64,000 nt of DNA from assembly GCA_964234715.1 (NCBI GenBank), contig OZ174276.1. One strand, given 5' to 3'. Within the stretch, counting starts at the first letter, position 1. The number at the start of each line of letters is the position of its first letter. Of the stretch, positions 24,601 to 35,736 are shown piece by piece. Both the position numbers and the translations under genes were made by a program. This DNA is from Podarcis melisellensis. Lineage: Eukaryota. The notes beneath the pieces are model-generated. The model was not told the DNA's origin and made no database searches. It saw only the letters and a program-made list of their open reading frames with translations.

Positions 24601-26177
24601 TGTTGTTCTCTACAGCCATGGCAAGCACTGTAACTCTCTAACAGTTTGACTCCAATGGCACACTCTTCCATTCTCCCTCAAGACATATGGATGCCAATGA
24701 ATTCAGATTGTAGATAAACAGCCTGGTGACAAATGGAAACCCCAAAGATGCATGAAATGAAGCAAGGTCAACTCTTGGTCCAAGAAGATTATGTGACTTG
24801 CTGACCTCCCTCCTGGATTAGAAAGCTTTTACTTAAGGCAAAATGTTCCAGTGTTGCTTCAACATTAATACAGCTAGAAACAGCAGAGTGAGACACCAAC
24901 AGTTATGCCCTTGCTGTTGAAAAGCAGAGGCTTTAATTACACAGCAAGCAAAAACTGGCATTTTTAAAAAAAGTTTGCTGTTGATCTCCCTCTGGGACAA
25001 CAGACAGGCAGAATACTTAATCACTGCTACTCTCCCAGGAAGCTCAAGTGCTATCTGGATCAGAGAAAAATTGTTTGTTAACCCTCATGGCACACAAATA
25101 AAATATGAACAGAACGTTGCTCAACATAGCATGTGAGCTGAAAGATTGTGCTGTATTTGGCCTACATTCCTGTGCTCAAATCTTGAAACCACCCCAGCCC
25201 AGCTCTCTTCTTCAGCCTTCCCACTTCACCTTGCTTGTGTGTAGGTTAGATATAATGTGCAAAATGCACAATGAAGGTTTGGCATTTTCGGCAACAGACA
25301 GAGGCATAGCATTAGCTTGCTCACGGTATTAGATGTAAATTCCAGAATCATGAATTCAGCACTGCCTCTTTACTGTGGAGATGAATAGAAGCATGATGAG
25401 AGGGGAGGGAGCAAGTTTTTCTTTGAACACAAACCTCTGTAGTAATTAGCAAGGAAAGATACAAAAAACACAGCTGTTTGCAGCAAGTATGCAGACAGCT
25501 GCTTAGAAGCTGTCCTTCCCTGTACCATTGTGATGATTTTGGTGTCATTATTATACATAATTTATAGAGCATTGTTTGGCATACAACCCACCTCTCATTC
25601 ATATTCTGTGAGGCAGGCTGCTATTATTCCTGTTTTTACTAATGGAAATACAGGCTGAAAGGTTGTCATCCAAGGTCCATGGCTGAATGGGACTAGAGCC
25701 CTCATTCTCGAGGTCCAGAAAGCAGACTGAATGACTTGCACTGTGCAATAGTTGGGCTCTTTCTCATGAGGTTTTCTTCATTTTTTAGTTTGTTTCCTTC
25801 TTGGTGGGCCATCAAAAATGGCTGGGGAACACTGCCTCCAAATGCCTTGTTTACAGGCCAGTTCATCACAGGGGCTTGCCTACCCTCCCTCCTGCAAACC
25901 ATCTATCACTTTTACACCTTCTCTGATGTTGCTGCGACATTTCCTCCCTTACAGTCTTTCTCTGTCCTGGTGTCCTCTTACTCTTTGCTGTCCTCCTTGG
26001 AATTTTCTGCCAATTATAAAAGGGAAACGGTCCCTTCCAGCTCATCTCCTTTCCAACCCCCCCCCCAACCCCATCAATCCACCTGGAAGCTGGCAAGCAC
26101 AAGGAGCCAAACTGCCTTGTTGTCTTTCCCATACACATGGTATAGGATTTGCTGCAGCTTTCTATTGAATGCATATA

Positions 26178-26532
26178 GGTAAAGGGTAAAGGGACCCCTG
26201 ACCATTAGGTCCAGTCGTGGCTGACTCTGGGATTGCGGTGCTCATCTTGCTTTATTGGCTGAGGGAGCCGGCGTACAGCTTCCGGGTCATGTGGCCAGCA
26301 TGACAAAGCCGCTTCTGGCGAACCAAAGCAGCGCACGGAAACGCCGTTTACCTTCCCACCGGAGCAGTACCTATTTATCTACTTGCACTTTGACGTGCTT
26401 TCAAACTGCTAGGTTGGCAGGAGCAGGGACCGAGCAACAGGAGCTCACCCCGTCACGGAGATTCGAACCGCCAACCTTCTGATCAGCAAGTCTTCGGCTC
26501 TGTGGTTTAACCCACAGCGCCACCCGTGTCCC
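26178..26532 (-). mobile_element. Sauria SINE (shorter subfamily), full length
   Basis: Reverse complement of the head at the right end, aaaggt tail at the left; 12-bp TSD attgaatgcata. Confidence 0.93.
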
Positions 26533-28427
26533 ATTGAATGCATACTTGATGGTAAATTTGGCTTACATTTTCTGTGAATTCTGTGGCCTCCTGCCTGGTG
26601 TGCTTCCTGCACAGTGGGGCAGCTGTGGTAGTGTGGAAGGCACAAGATTCCTCTGGTGGGTTAGGCTCAGGGGACAGCATATGTGAAGCTTCTGCCTTAG
26701 GCTGTATGAGCTCAGGACCACCAGCCTCAGATTATATGTGTTCCAAACCACCAGCTTTGTGCCCCGTGAGCTCTGAATCACCAGCTTCAAAAACAATGGC
26801 TTTCGGTGAATATGTGAGCCCTAGGAGAGGAGATTGCAGCCACTTTGCTCCTCACTGGTCATTCTGCTGCTGCAGCTAAGCCATGGCTTGGCGTGTCTAC
26901 TGAACTTGAGTATATGGTTTATATCTCTCCAGACTAACCATGAACCAAGGTTTGCCCTATGGTTTATAGCTCATGGGTTGACTAGGAGAGCTAAACCATG
27001 AGTCCAGGTCTGGAAAACACACTATGTCATGCTCAGTTCAGTGCAGCACAGCAGGAAAACAACCAGGGAGGAGCTAAGGGGCCACAATCTCTTTGGGAGT
27101 CTGTGCATTTGCACTAAGCCACAAATTGGCTTATCATTAGGTACAGAGGATGTGCAAGTCATTTTACTTTCTACTATGACTGCTTGATTGTAGGCAACAA
27201 AGCTGCCCTGATAACATAACCTGCTCCATGCCTGAACTAGAGAGTGGCTGCCACACTAAGTACCCAGAATCTTGTATGGTAGAATGGGATCCCATGGCTG
27301 TGGAAAGAGATCTGCCATCCTTTACGGTGTGCTGTGTATGTGGAAAGGGAGCCTGCAATCCTGTTGATCCACATATAGGTTCTTGCTACCACCCAATATG
27401 GCCCATTATACCTTTTTGCAACAAGTGGCACTACAAACAGGGCTAAGACGGAGGCCCTAAACTGTGTCATGATCAAGAGAGCCCATAGCATTACCTCCAA
27501 ATGTGTACTATTCTAACAGAAAAGACAATGAAATAATTTATATTTGAATTTATACTGGTACATAAGTGCGGATGCAATTAAATACTAACAAACTATCCTG
27601 CAGTATTCCTGTTTCTATATAATGTACCCTCTTAGCACATATGATTTGTTTTTAGAGCAGCACAAGAGCCGTTAAACATGCAGTCTATCACTTACTAAGT
27701 GGAAGAGTCCACACAGCATCTATTGTGTGTGTTCTGCACATAACACAAAATGTAAAACACTTTCTTTCATGATTTTTTTTGAGAGCACAGCCATGGATGT
27801 CACCCAATGATAGCTGATTTATAACCACAGTATGATAAATATGGTACTAAACATATTATTGTCACATCGGAACAAAAATGTATGTTCTCTGTGTTTCAAC
27901 AGATCATAAAAACTTTAGAAATCTTTGGGGGGGATTTGTATGTGTGTTTTGTATTTAGAGGCCCCTCATAATCTGAGCCCTAAATTGTAGTTTACTTAGC
28001 TTGTGCATTAATCCAGCACTGGCTATAAACATATGTAACCTCTGACTTTCATGCCCCATGCCTTTCTTCAGTTTGCAGCACAATCATAGGGTTCCAATGG
28101 CAGGACTCTGAATGTGGCAGAAGCAGGGGCATGCTTATGAAAACAATGAGTACAATACAAACCACCACTCCCCTTCCACACACATGTATTATTTTCCTAC
28201 TGCTGATAAAACCATACGGGATGGATTCAGCATGAGCTGGGAAGTGTTAGCTAAAGCACAAAACTGACAAGCAGTTACAAAGCATTCTGTGAATGAAGCC
28301 TGCGATATTTATCCATCTGCATGCCAGGCTATTACTGAAGAGAAGGAATCAATAGCTGCTGGGTGTTTTTTGTGTGGGTGTTTAAAATAAATAAATAAAT
28401 GCTCAACTCCTGGAACAGAAAGTAAAT

Positions 28428-28429
<2 letters not shown>

Positions 28430-28477
<48 letters not shown>
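28430..28477. repeat. (AG)n microsatellite
   Basis: Seen directly. Confidence 0.95.
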
Positions 28478-28480
<3 letters not shown>

Positions 28481-28632
28481 GACCATGAATGAGAACTTGG
28501 CAGTGTGAATATGCATGTGTGTGTGCGCGCATGTGTGTGCATGTGCAAACAGTAATTTGATTTTTAGGGTGAGGTGCATTCAAATGATTCTGCAATTCAA
28601 AAAAGGGCTTATAGAAGAAAGGCAGACTGTAC

Positions 28633-28743
28633 CTTCATCACCGGTTGAGCAAAATACTTGGCACTCCAGTCGCAAAACCCTGTCTGCATTGTTGCTGACA
28701 TGAAGTTTTTATGCCCCACGGTATCTTCGGCATCATCAGCTGT
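28633..28743 (-). CDS. RPTOR: RPTOR coding exon (~exon 24), 111 nt, TADDAEDTVGHKNFMSATMQTGFCDWSAKYFAQPVMK
   Basis: Acceptor ggacag, donor gtacag; phase 0-0. Confidence 0.96.
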
Positions 28744-28910
28744 CTGTCCAGAGAAAAGTGAGGAAACAAAGGTACACGTGCTTCAGTTACAGTACCTGCA
28801 CATCTGGTTTCTCTGAGTGTATATCACATCAACCACAGTAGGATGTCACCATCCAATAATAGTCTATTGGAACAACCCCGCGCCCCGCCGTCAAATCAGG
28901 AGATAGCCAA

Positions 28911-29116
28911 GTACCTCTAGTTATGAATGCATCTGTTTACTAACGCTTCAGGTTATTAGCTTCGCTAACCCGGAAGTAGTTGCTCCCGGTTGTAAACTTT
29001 GCCCCAGGATGCGAACGGGAGGTGCCATTAGCGAAAGTGCGCCTCAGGATAAGAACAGTTTCAGCTTAAGAACAGACCTCCAGAACGAATTACATTCGTA
29101 ACCAGAGGTACCACTG
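28911..29116. mobile_element. Tigger/pogo-like MITE, left TIR truncated
   Basis: Right end TTCGTAACCAGAGGTACCACTG+TA; left end GTACCTCTAGTTATGAA. Confidence 0.75.
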
Positions 29117-30865
29117 TATATTATTTCTGAAGCAAATCATGGGGGAATGTGGCCATATTTTGCTCTCAAATATTACATGCCACAGAAGTTGCTATGCCCT
29201 GTAATAAAGTATCTTGTAAGTATCTTGACCATTTCGGTAACACTAACTAGGGGAAGCACTTCTTAGGGTTGACAACCTTTGTATCTTTCTATGTGGTAGA
29301 TACCAACATTCTCCTGTGATCCTTTTCAAGGGCAACGTACACTGTTAAGCTCAACCAAATAAAGTCAAGCTCTTTTCACAAACACAAGTACAGAATGCTG
29401 TTAAAGAGTCACACAGCCAGGACTGAACAAAGTAGCTGAGGGAGCCCTCCAATCATATTTGCAGTCATATATGCATACTACTGAAAATGGTGGTGAAAAA
29501 TATATATGAAAATGCTCATTACATTTATATATGCCACTGTCTTCGAAGGTTTTCCCTGCTCTATTTCATTCTCAGAGCAACCCTGTGAGGTTGCTTAGAT
29601 TGTAAAAATTGGCAAAAAAAATCTTACTGTGTGACCTTGGGCAAGATTTATTTATTTTTGCCAATTTCTAAAATTGATTTTCTAGGTCTTAACCCAATTA
29701 TACAAATTATTTCCAAATGAATACAATTTTGTTTAAGTGACTTCCCATGTGTCATTCTTGATGTGTCCTTGTCTTCTGATGTTACTGCTTTTACAGCACC
29801 CAGTGAGATTTAGGAATGAGTGGGAACTGAAACTGAATCTCCCCAGTCCTAGTCCAACATTCTAACCACTAATACACCATCCTAACTTTTACCAGCTTGG
29901 TTCCTCAAGCTTTACAGTATTTTCTATGAAAGTTGCTACCTATGCCACGTGGCCAGGTGCTATTTCCAATTCTACCACTGCCTATAAGAAAAGACAACAT
30001 TGACACATGTTTCCAACTATGCAAATAGGAGGTGAAAGGGGGTCATAGAAGAATTCCAAAGATTTCTATAATATTATAATAAGTAATAAATAAATTTAAG
30101 GACTATGTGCTGTCCTAAAATGCTGTACGTATTTGTTTGAAAGAACCATATGAATTTAGGCCTTTGTAAGGAAATACACACACACACTGGCCTAGTGAAA
30201 AGTATATTAATGCTGTCTAAGAGGCAGAGACCTGTATTCTCTAGGGTGCCGATTTTAATATTGAACAGGGCACCTGTGTCTTCAGTAGAAGTATAAAAGG
30301 GAGAATTTCAGAAGGTGAAATGACACCAAAATGACAAGAGAAACTGGCATGTCCACATTCAAATATCCTTTCTATGAAAATACTACAGAAAAAAGAAGCC
30401 CGCTTCTAAATTGCATCTGGTAACCTGAATGGCTCCTGAGACATACGGCTGCAAGTGTTCCCCCTCATAGTCAACACTGCAGAGAGACAGAGCCCAACTG
30501 AAAGATCCCTGACATATGTACCTATCTCAAAAAGGTTTTAAAACACTAAACCACAGTGTTTATTCTGCAAGCTATAAGTTCACACAAAAGCGTAGCGCAT
30601 GAAGAAGCCTTTCTCAAGATGCATTAACAGAATTAGGTTACAAAAGGAAACCGTATTTTCAGGGAGAAAAATTGCATGCCATCAAGAATGGCAAAAATAT
30701 GCAGTGAGGAAGAGAGGCTGGAAAAGATTGTAGGCATAGTATCACATTTCTAGCTGCCAGAGATTTTTCCTGAATCACATTATTATACTAGGTTATGACT
30801 ATCGTATCTGAAGGACTGCCTTCACTTGTATTTTCTGCTCAGATTGATCAGCACCAGAACTTGTA

Positions 30866-31190
30866 AAGGTAAAGGGACCCCTGACCGTTAGGATGACTCT
30901 GGGGTTGCGGTGCTCATCTCGGTTTACTGGCCGAGGAAGCCAGTGTACAGCATGTGGCCAGCATGACTAAGCCACTTCTGGCGAACCAGAGCAGCACACG
31001 GAAACGCTGTTTACCTTCCTGCCGGAGTGGTACCTATTTATCTACTTGCACTGCATGCTTTTGAACTGCTAGGTTGGCAGGAGCTGGGATCGAGCAATGG
31101 GAGCTCACCCTGCTGTGGGAATTCGAACCGCTGACCTTCTGATCGGCAAGTCCTAGGCTCTGTGGTATAACCCACAACGCCCCCTGCATC
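30866..31190 (-). mobile_element. Sauria SINE (shorter subfamily)
   Basis: Homologous to 26178-26532 with small deletions; TSD cagaacttgta. Confidence 0.9.
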
Positions 31191-31618
31191 CAGAACTTGT
31201 ACTTACATTTTTTTTCTTGCTGCATTTGTCACTGTATAGTGTAAAGGACTGAAGGACTCAAGCTATGAAGCTCACCAGGTGACCTTGGGCTAGTCACTAT
31301 CTCTCTGCCTACCCTACCTTCACAGGTCATTTCAAGGATAAAATTAGGGGGGGCAATTTTAAAAATCTGTTATATGCAATAAATCTGTTGCATTTATTGT
31401 CTTTTGTTTTGTTGTTAAGTCACATGGTGTTGTTGTTTTTTTATTTTGATTTTTTTTAAAAGCTGTAAAGCTAATAACAATAAATAAATATCTTATTTGT
31501 ATTGCCAGGATTACAGGAAAATTAAAGATGACATAGCAAAAACTGGAGAAGAAGCAAAACAAATGTGAGTTATTTCAGGGACTGGAGTACAATGAGACAG
31601 GGAAGACTATGATCTTAC

Positions 31619-31802
31619 CTGATCTGGGCCCTTGTCAAACATTTTTCTTGTCCTAGGAAACTGGTGGGAGTGTGGAGTGTATTGCACCCCCATGTTGCCC
31701 ACATTTGCAGGTCTTACAGATGACAGGTCCCGGTTGACCGGCTGCTTTGTCACATCATTAGTCAAGCTGGAGCTACTGGTGCTGGTGGTTGGTGGAGATC
31801 CT
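31619..31802 (-). CDS. RPTOR: RPTOR coding exon (~exon 23), 184 nt, (G)GSPPTTSTSSSSLTNDVTKQPVNRDLSSVRPANVGNMGVQYTPHSHQFPRTRKMFDKGPDQ; Rag-binding claw
   Basis: Acceptor ttctag, donor gtaaga; phase 2-0. Confidence 0.97.
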
Positions 31803-32950
31803 CTAGAAATGGGAAATCAAATATGGGTGGAAATATTGCTGTACTGGATATCGTTTTACCAGCAGAGTATGAAATCAGACTGCTGCAGAAGATGGCCTTT
31901 TGCAACTACAAATTTAAGTTTTCTCTGTCACTTTCCACTTTATTTATTCTTGTGGGTGAAGCCATTCTGTTTTTCAACACTAGGTGCTTTTCCACCCCAC
32001 CCCCAAGTGCTACCAGTTGGCCTTTGGCCAGTTGAGATTATAAAGGGAAAACTGTCATTTGAAATTAATGTTGGAAATCCCTGCGGAGGCCTTGATGCAG
32101 CAGTTGTAAAATCATGTCCCTCTATCTGCAACCCTTCTCTGATGGAAGGGTTACTAAGCACAAATGAAGAACGTATGTTCTGAGAAACTTTTTCCACTTC
32201 TAATTAGTACCTAAAAGCCATGCATTATATTTGGTGCATTATCCCCTACCCCGCAATCTCACAATCTGGAACTGAGTCAGACCATTCATGTGACTGGCAA
32301 CTGGCAACAATTCTCCAGGGTTTCAGACTGTGGTCTCCCAGCCTTATTTGGAGATAACCAGGGCCTGAACCTAGGAGCTTGCGCAGTCAAAGCAGATGCT
32401 CTACTACAGAGTTATGGTCATTCAAAAACCAAGAAAAAGTGTGTATCCTATAATGTCTGAAGGGTAGCATTTTAAATAACTGAATATAAGTTTTAGGAAA
32501 CAGACAATGCAACAACTTCCCAATACATTCTCCTAGCCTCAGGGAGGGAAAAACCATTTGTGTCACATTTCAGACATTATAGGATGAGATCAACACTTTT
32601 TCCAACACAGAGATTAATCTCCTCCTTTGATGGCTTCAACAGAGTTACGTAGGACACTGTATATGTCACTTCTGACTAACTTTTGGCAAAGGGATTTGAA
32701 AGCATCTCTAATGTGGGATGAGTCAGGGTCAGTTTAGAGGGATACTTTTGCAGTGTTGCAGCCTTCATTGCAAGGATTGTCAGATCAGTTTTACAGAGAG
32801 AGAAATTTGTCCTAAATTGTCCCCTTATGTGAAATATACCATAGCTTACCTCTCCAGACAGCTGAATGTCTGCATGGCACACAGATACACACTGCTCCTT
32901 AAGCACAAAATCAGCTATGAATAACAAGGGATTTAAGATGTAGTACTTAC

Positions 32951-33054
32951 CCCACTTGGTGTATGTGCATGCCCTTGTTGGTAGGACTGGCTGGGGCAGA
33001 CTGTGTGAGGGAAGAAGTATCAAGGATGCGCTGGGGGCGGGCATTTACCGTCGC
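32951..33054 (-). CDS. RPTOR: RPTOR coding exon (~exon 22), 104 nt, ATVNARPQRILDTSSLTQSAPASPTNKGMHIHQV; S863-equivalent phospho-cluster
   Basis: Acceptor tcctag, donor gtaagt; phase 0-2. Confidence 0.97.
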
Positions 33055-33234
33055 CTAGGAAAGAAAGAATGGAAAAACTGAGAAAGAACAAATGCCAATC
33101 ATAGGAATAAAATTATTTTTACCACCAGGAATAACCTTACTGAACCTCAATATCAACGGTGGGAAGTGGAAGCAGTCTTCAGCATTGCTATAGTATTGCT
33201 ATACAACTTAGATATATGCACTTACGACATAAGG

Positions 33235-33355
33235 CAGGCATGGCCAAACTTGGCTCTCCAGTTGTTTTGGGACTACAACTCCCAACATCCCTAACTAACA
33301 GGACCAGTGGTCAGGGATGATGGGAATTGTAGTCCCAAAACAGCTAGAGGGCCTG
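33235..33355. mobile_element. Palindromic hAT MITE (GGACTACAACTCCCA...TGGGAATTGTAGTCC family)
   Basis: Hairpin body, CAGGC/GCCTG ends, 8-bp TSD acataagg. Confidence 0.82.
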
Positions 33356-35378
33356 ACATAAGGGTTCATCTGATGCCTATTAATAGAAGGTTCCTAATTC
33401 ATATGCAAGATATAATATGTTAACATTCGCATTGGTACTTTGGGGGCAGGATTTGGCAATGGAAAACAGGCAAATGAGGTTACCTTTATAAAATAAAAAA
33501 CTCATTAAAATGACCAATCTGACCAAAATGCCCAACTTGAACTTGATGCCTCAGCAAAAGTCCCTTCCAATATACTGTGGCGACAGAAACTAGAACATTC
33601 AAATCTGCAAACAAATGGACAAATGGTGCTTTATAAAAGTAGCTTAACCCACCTGAAACCATAGATGGAATAAAATTCCCTCTGCGTTCAGGGGAGAAAA
33701 ACTACTTTCTGACCTCATAACTGGAGGCACTTCCCCCCAAATTCACTTGAGATACTGAGCTGGCGTGAGGTAATAGATGCTGAGGCAATAACTTCAGAAT
33801 CAACAGCAGCAATAACTTTAAAACCAACAACAACCATAACAACAAAGAAGCAGGAAAATATGTGCAGCAGCTCTTGCAATTCCCAAAAGGTATTCAGATA
33901 AGCTTCTTTCACTGCCTTTAGAAATCTTAGATAAGGGAGAGATGGGAACAGCAGGCAAAGAAGTGTGAAAAACCAGGCTTCTTATTCAGCAGACACTTCA
34001 CTTATAGGGGTGTGTCAAATCCAAAAGAGACTGAAACTATGACCATTAAGATCTCTGCAGTTTACACAAAAGGTGTAAAGAGCCACTGACAAGGCATTTG
34101 GGAACTCGGGGAAATAAATAGCATGAATCGCAGGCCATTTTCCAATTGTACCTGCATTTGCACTTTACACCCAAAATTGCTGGGTGCAAACTGGATGATT
34201 GCAGCAGCCGTGCTTGAGGGCACATATTGCCTCTCTCCTTCAGATTTCACCTTGTTGAGCTGGCCTTTTGAGGCAGTTTTCTTCTCTCCTCCCCAGCTCA
34301 TTAGGAAAAGGTTCAAGGCCATCACTAGCACTATACCCTTGATCGGGGAAATTGCAGTTGATGTAATAACAGCCACATCTATAAGAGTGAGAAGCTGCTG
34401 CTGGAACAGCCAGCGTGACAGGTTACATCTTGGGATCAAATTAGCTCTCCATCATGTCTTAGATGGCTATGGAATTTGTGTAGCAGTAAATTATATTTTT
34501 GAAACCCTTATTGCCTAACGCTTATTCCCCTGCTGATTCTCTTCTGTTGAGGACATGCAGTTATTAAAACCCAGAACCTTTATATGGTCTTCTAGGACCG
34601 GACAAAAGATTCTTCTCCATCTGACCCTCATCAATGGTGTAGGCTAGTTTCTTCACAGGGAACCTGCAAGTCACACCAGAACTGGAAACATACTTTATGT
34701 TTCCCAATATTCCAAAGAAATACTCAAAGGCTTTTAGTTATAGGTTAAATCCAGGATACATCCATATATTGTTGGACTCCATGGTCAAAGGTCAGGGGTG
34801 GTTGAAGCTATAAAGCTGTAGTCTAGCAACACCTGGAGGGCCACAGATTAGCTTGCAATACGGAAGGCACTTATGTTAACATAGGAGGAAACAGCTTTCC
34901 TTCCTTCTCTGCAAATAAAACTGACTTCAGGAAGCTAGGAGACCTTTTAGGGAGGCTTTTCAGAGGACAGCTTTCTGCAGCAGGAACTTTGGATCGGAAC
35001 TGAAATATTTAGCATTAATAACAATATTGTTAGGACTCAAACAACAGTATTTGTCTGTGTTTGGTGGTACACAATACTGAAAGAAGAGAAGATGTTTAGG
35101 CCCCTAAACTGTTTGCCCTAACACCACAGCCAAGATGTACAGCAGCTTCTGAAGCAATACATCCCTTCCAGTAGCTCAAGGCCTTGTTAATACTCTTGTT
35201 ATATATTCTGATGTCAAAGGTTTGCAATCTTGCTAATCTGGAGGGGAAATCTTTTGACATGCTAGTTTGGAATTATTCATAGGAAAGAAGGGGAGACAAA
35301 TGTATGATTGTATATATAATTAAAGTAGTTTGTAGGTAGTCCCTTACAGCTAAATTTAGAAACTTAAAATAAGGAAAA

Positions 35379-35736
35379 GGGATGTGGGTGGCGCTGTGGG
35401 TTAAACCACAGAGCCTAGGACTTGCTGATCAAAAGGGTCAGTGGTTCGAATCCCCACGATGGGATGAGCTCCCGTTGCTCGGTCCCTGCTCCTGCCAACC
35501 GAGCAGTTCGAAAGCACGTCCAAGTGCAAGTAGATAAATAGGTACCGCTCCGGTGGGAAGGTAAACAGCGTTTCCGTGCGCTGCTCTGGTTCGCCAGAAG
35601 CGGCCTAGTCTTGCTGGCCACATGACCCGGAAGCTGTACACCGGCTCCCTCGGCCAATAAAGCAAGATGAAAGCTGCAACCACAGAGTCAGTCACAACTG
35701 GACCTAATGGTCAAGGGTCCCTTCACCTTTACCTTT
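35379..35736 (+). mobile_element. Sauria SINE (shorter subfamily), full length
   Basis: Head, B-box GGTTCGAATCC and ACCTTT tail; TSD ttaaaa(t/c)aaggaa. Confidence 0.92.

Noticed and set aside
31632-32183. Longest ORF in the track (183 aa, + strand)
   Set aside because: Antisense shadow of RPTOR exon 23 plus intron; non-ATG start; no recognisable protein.
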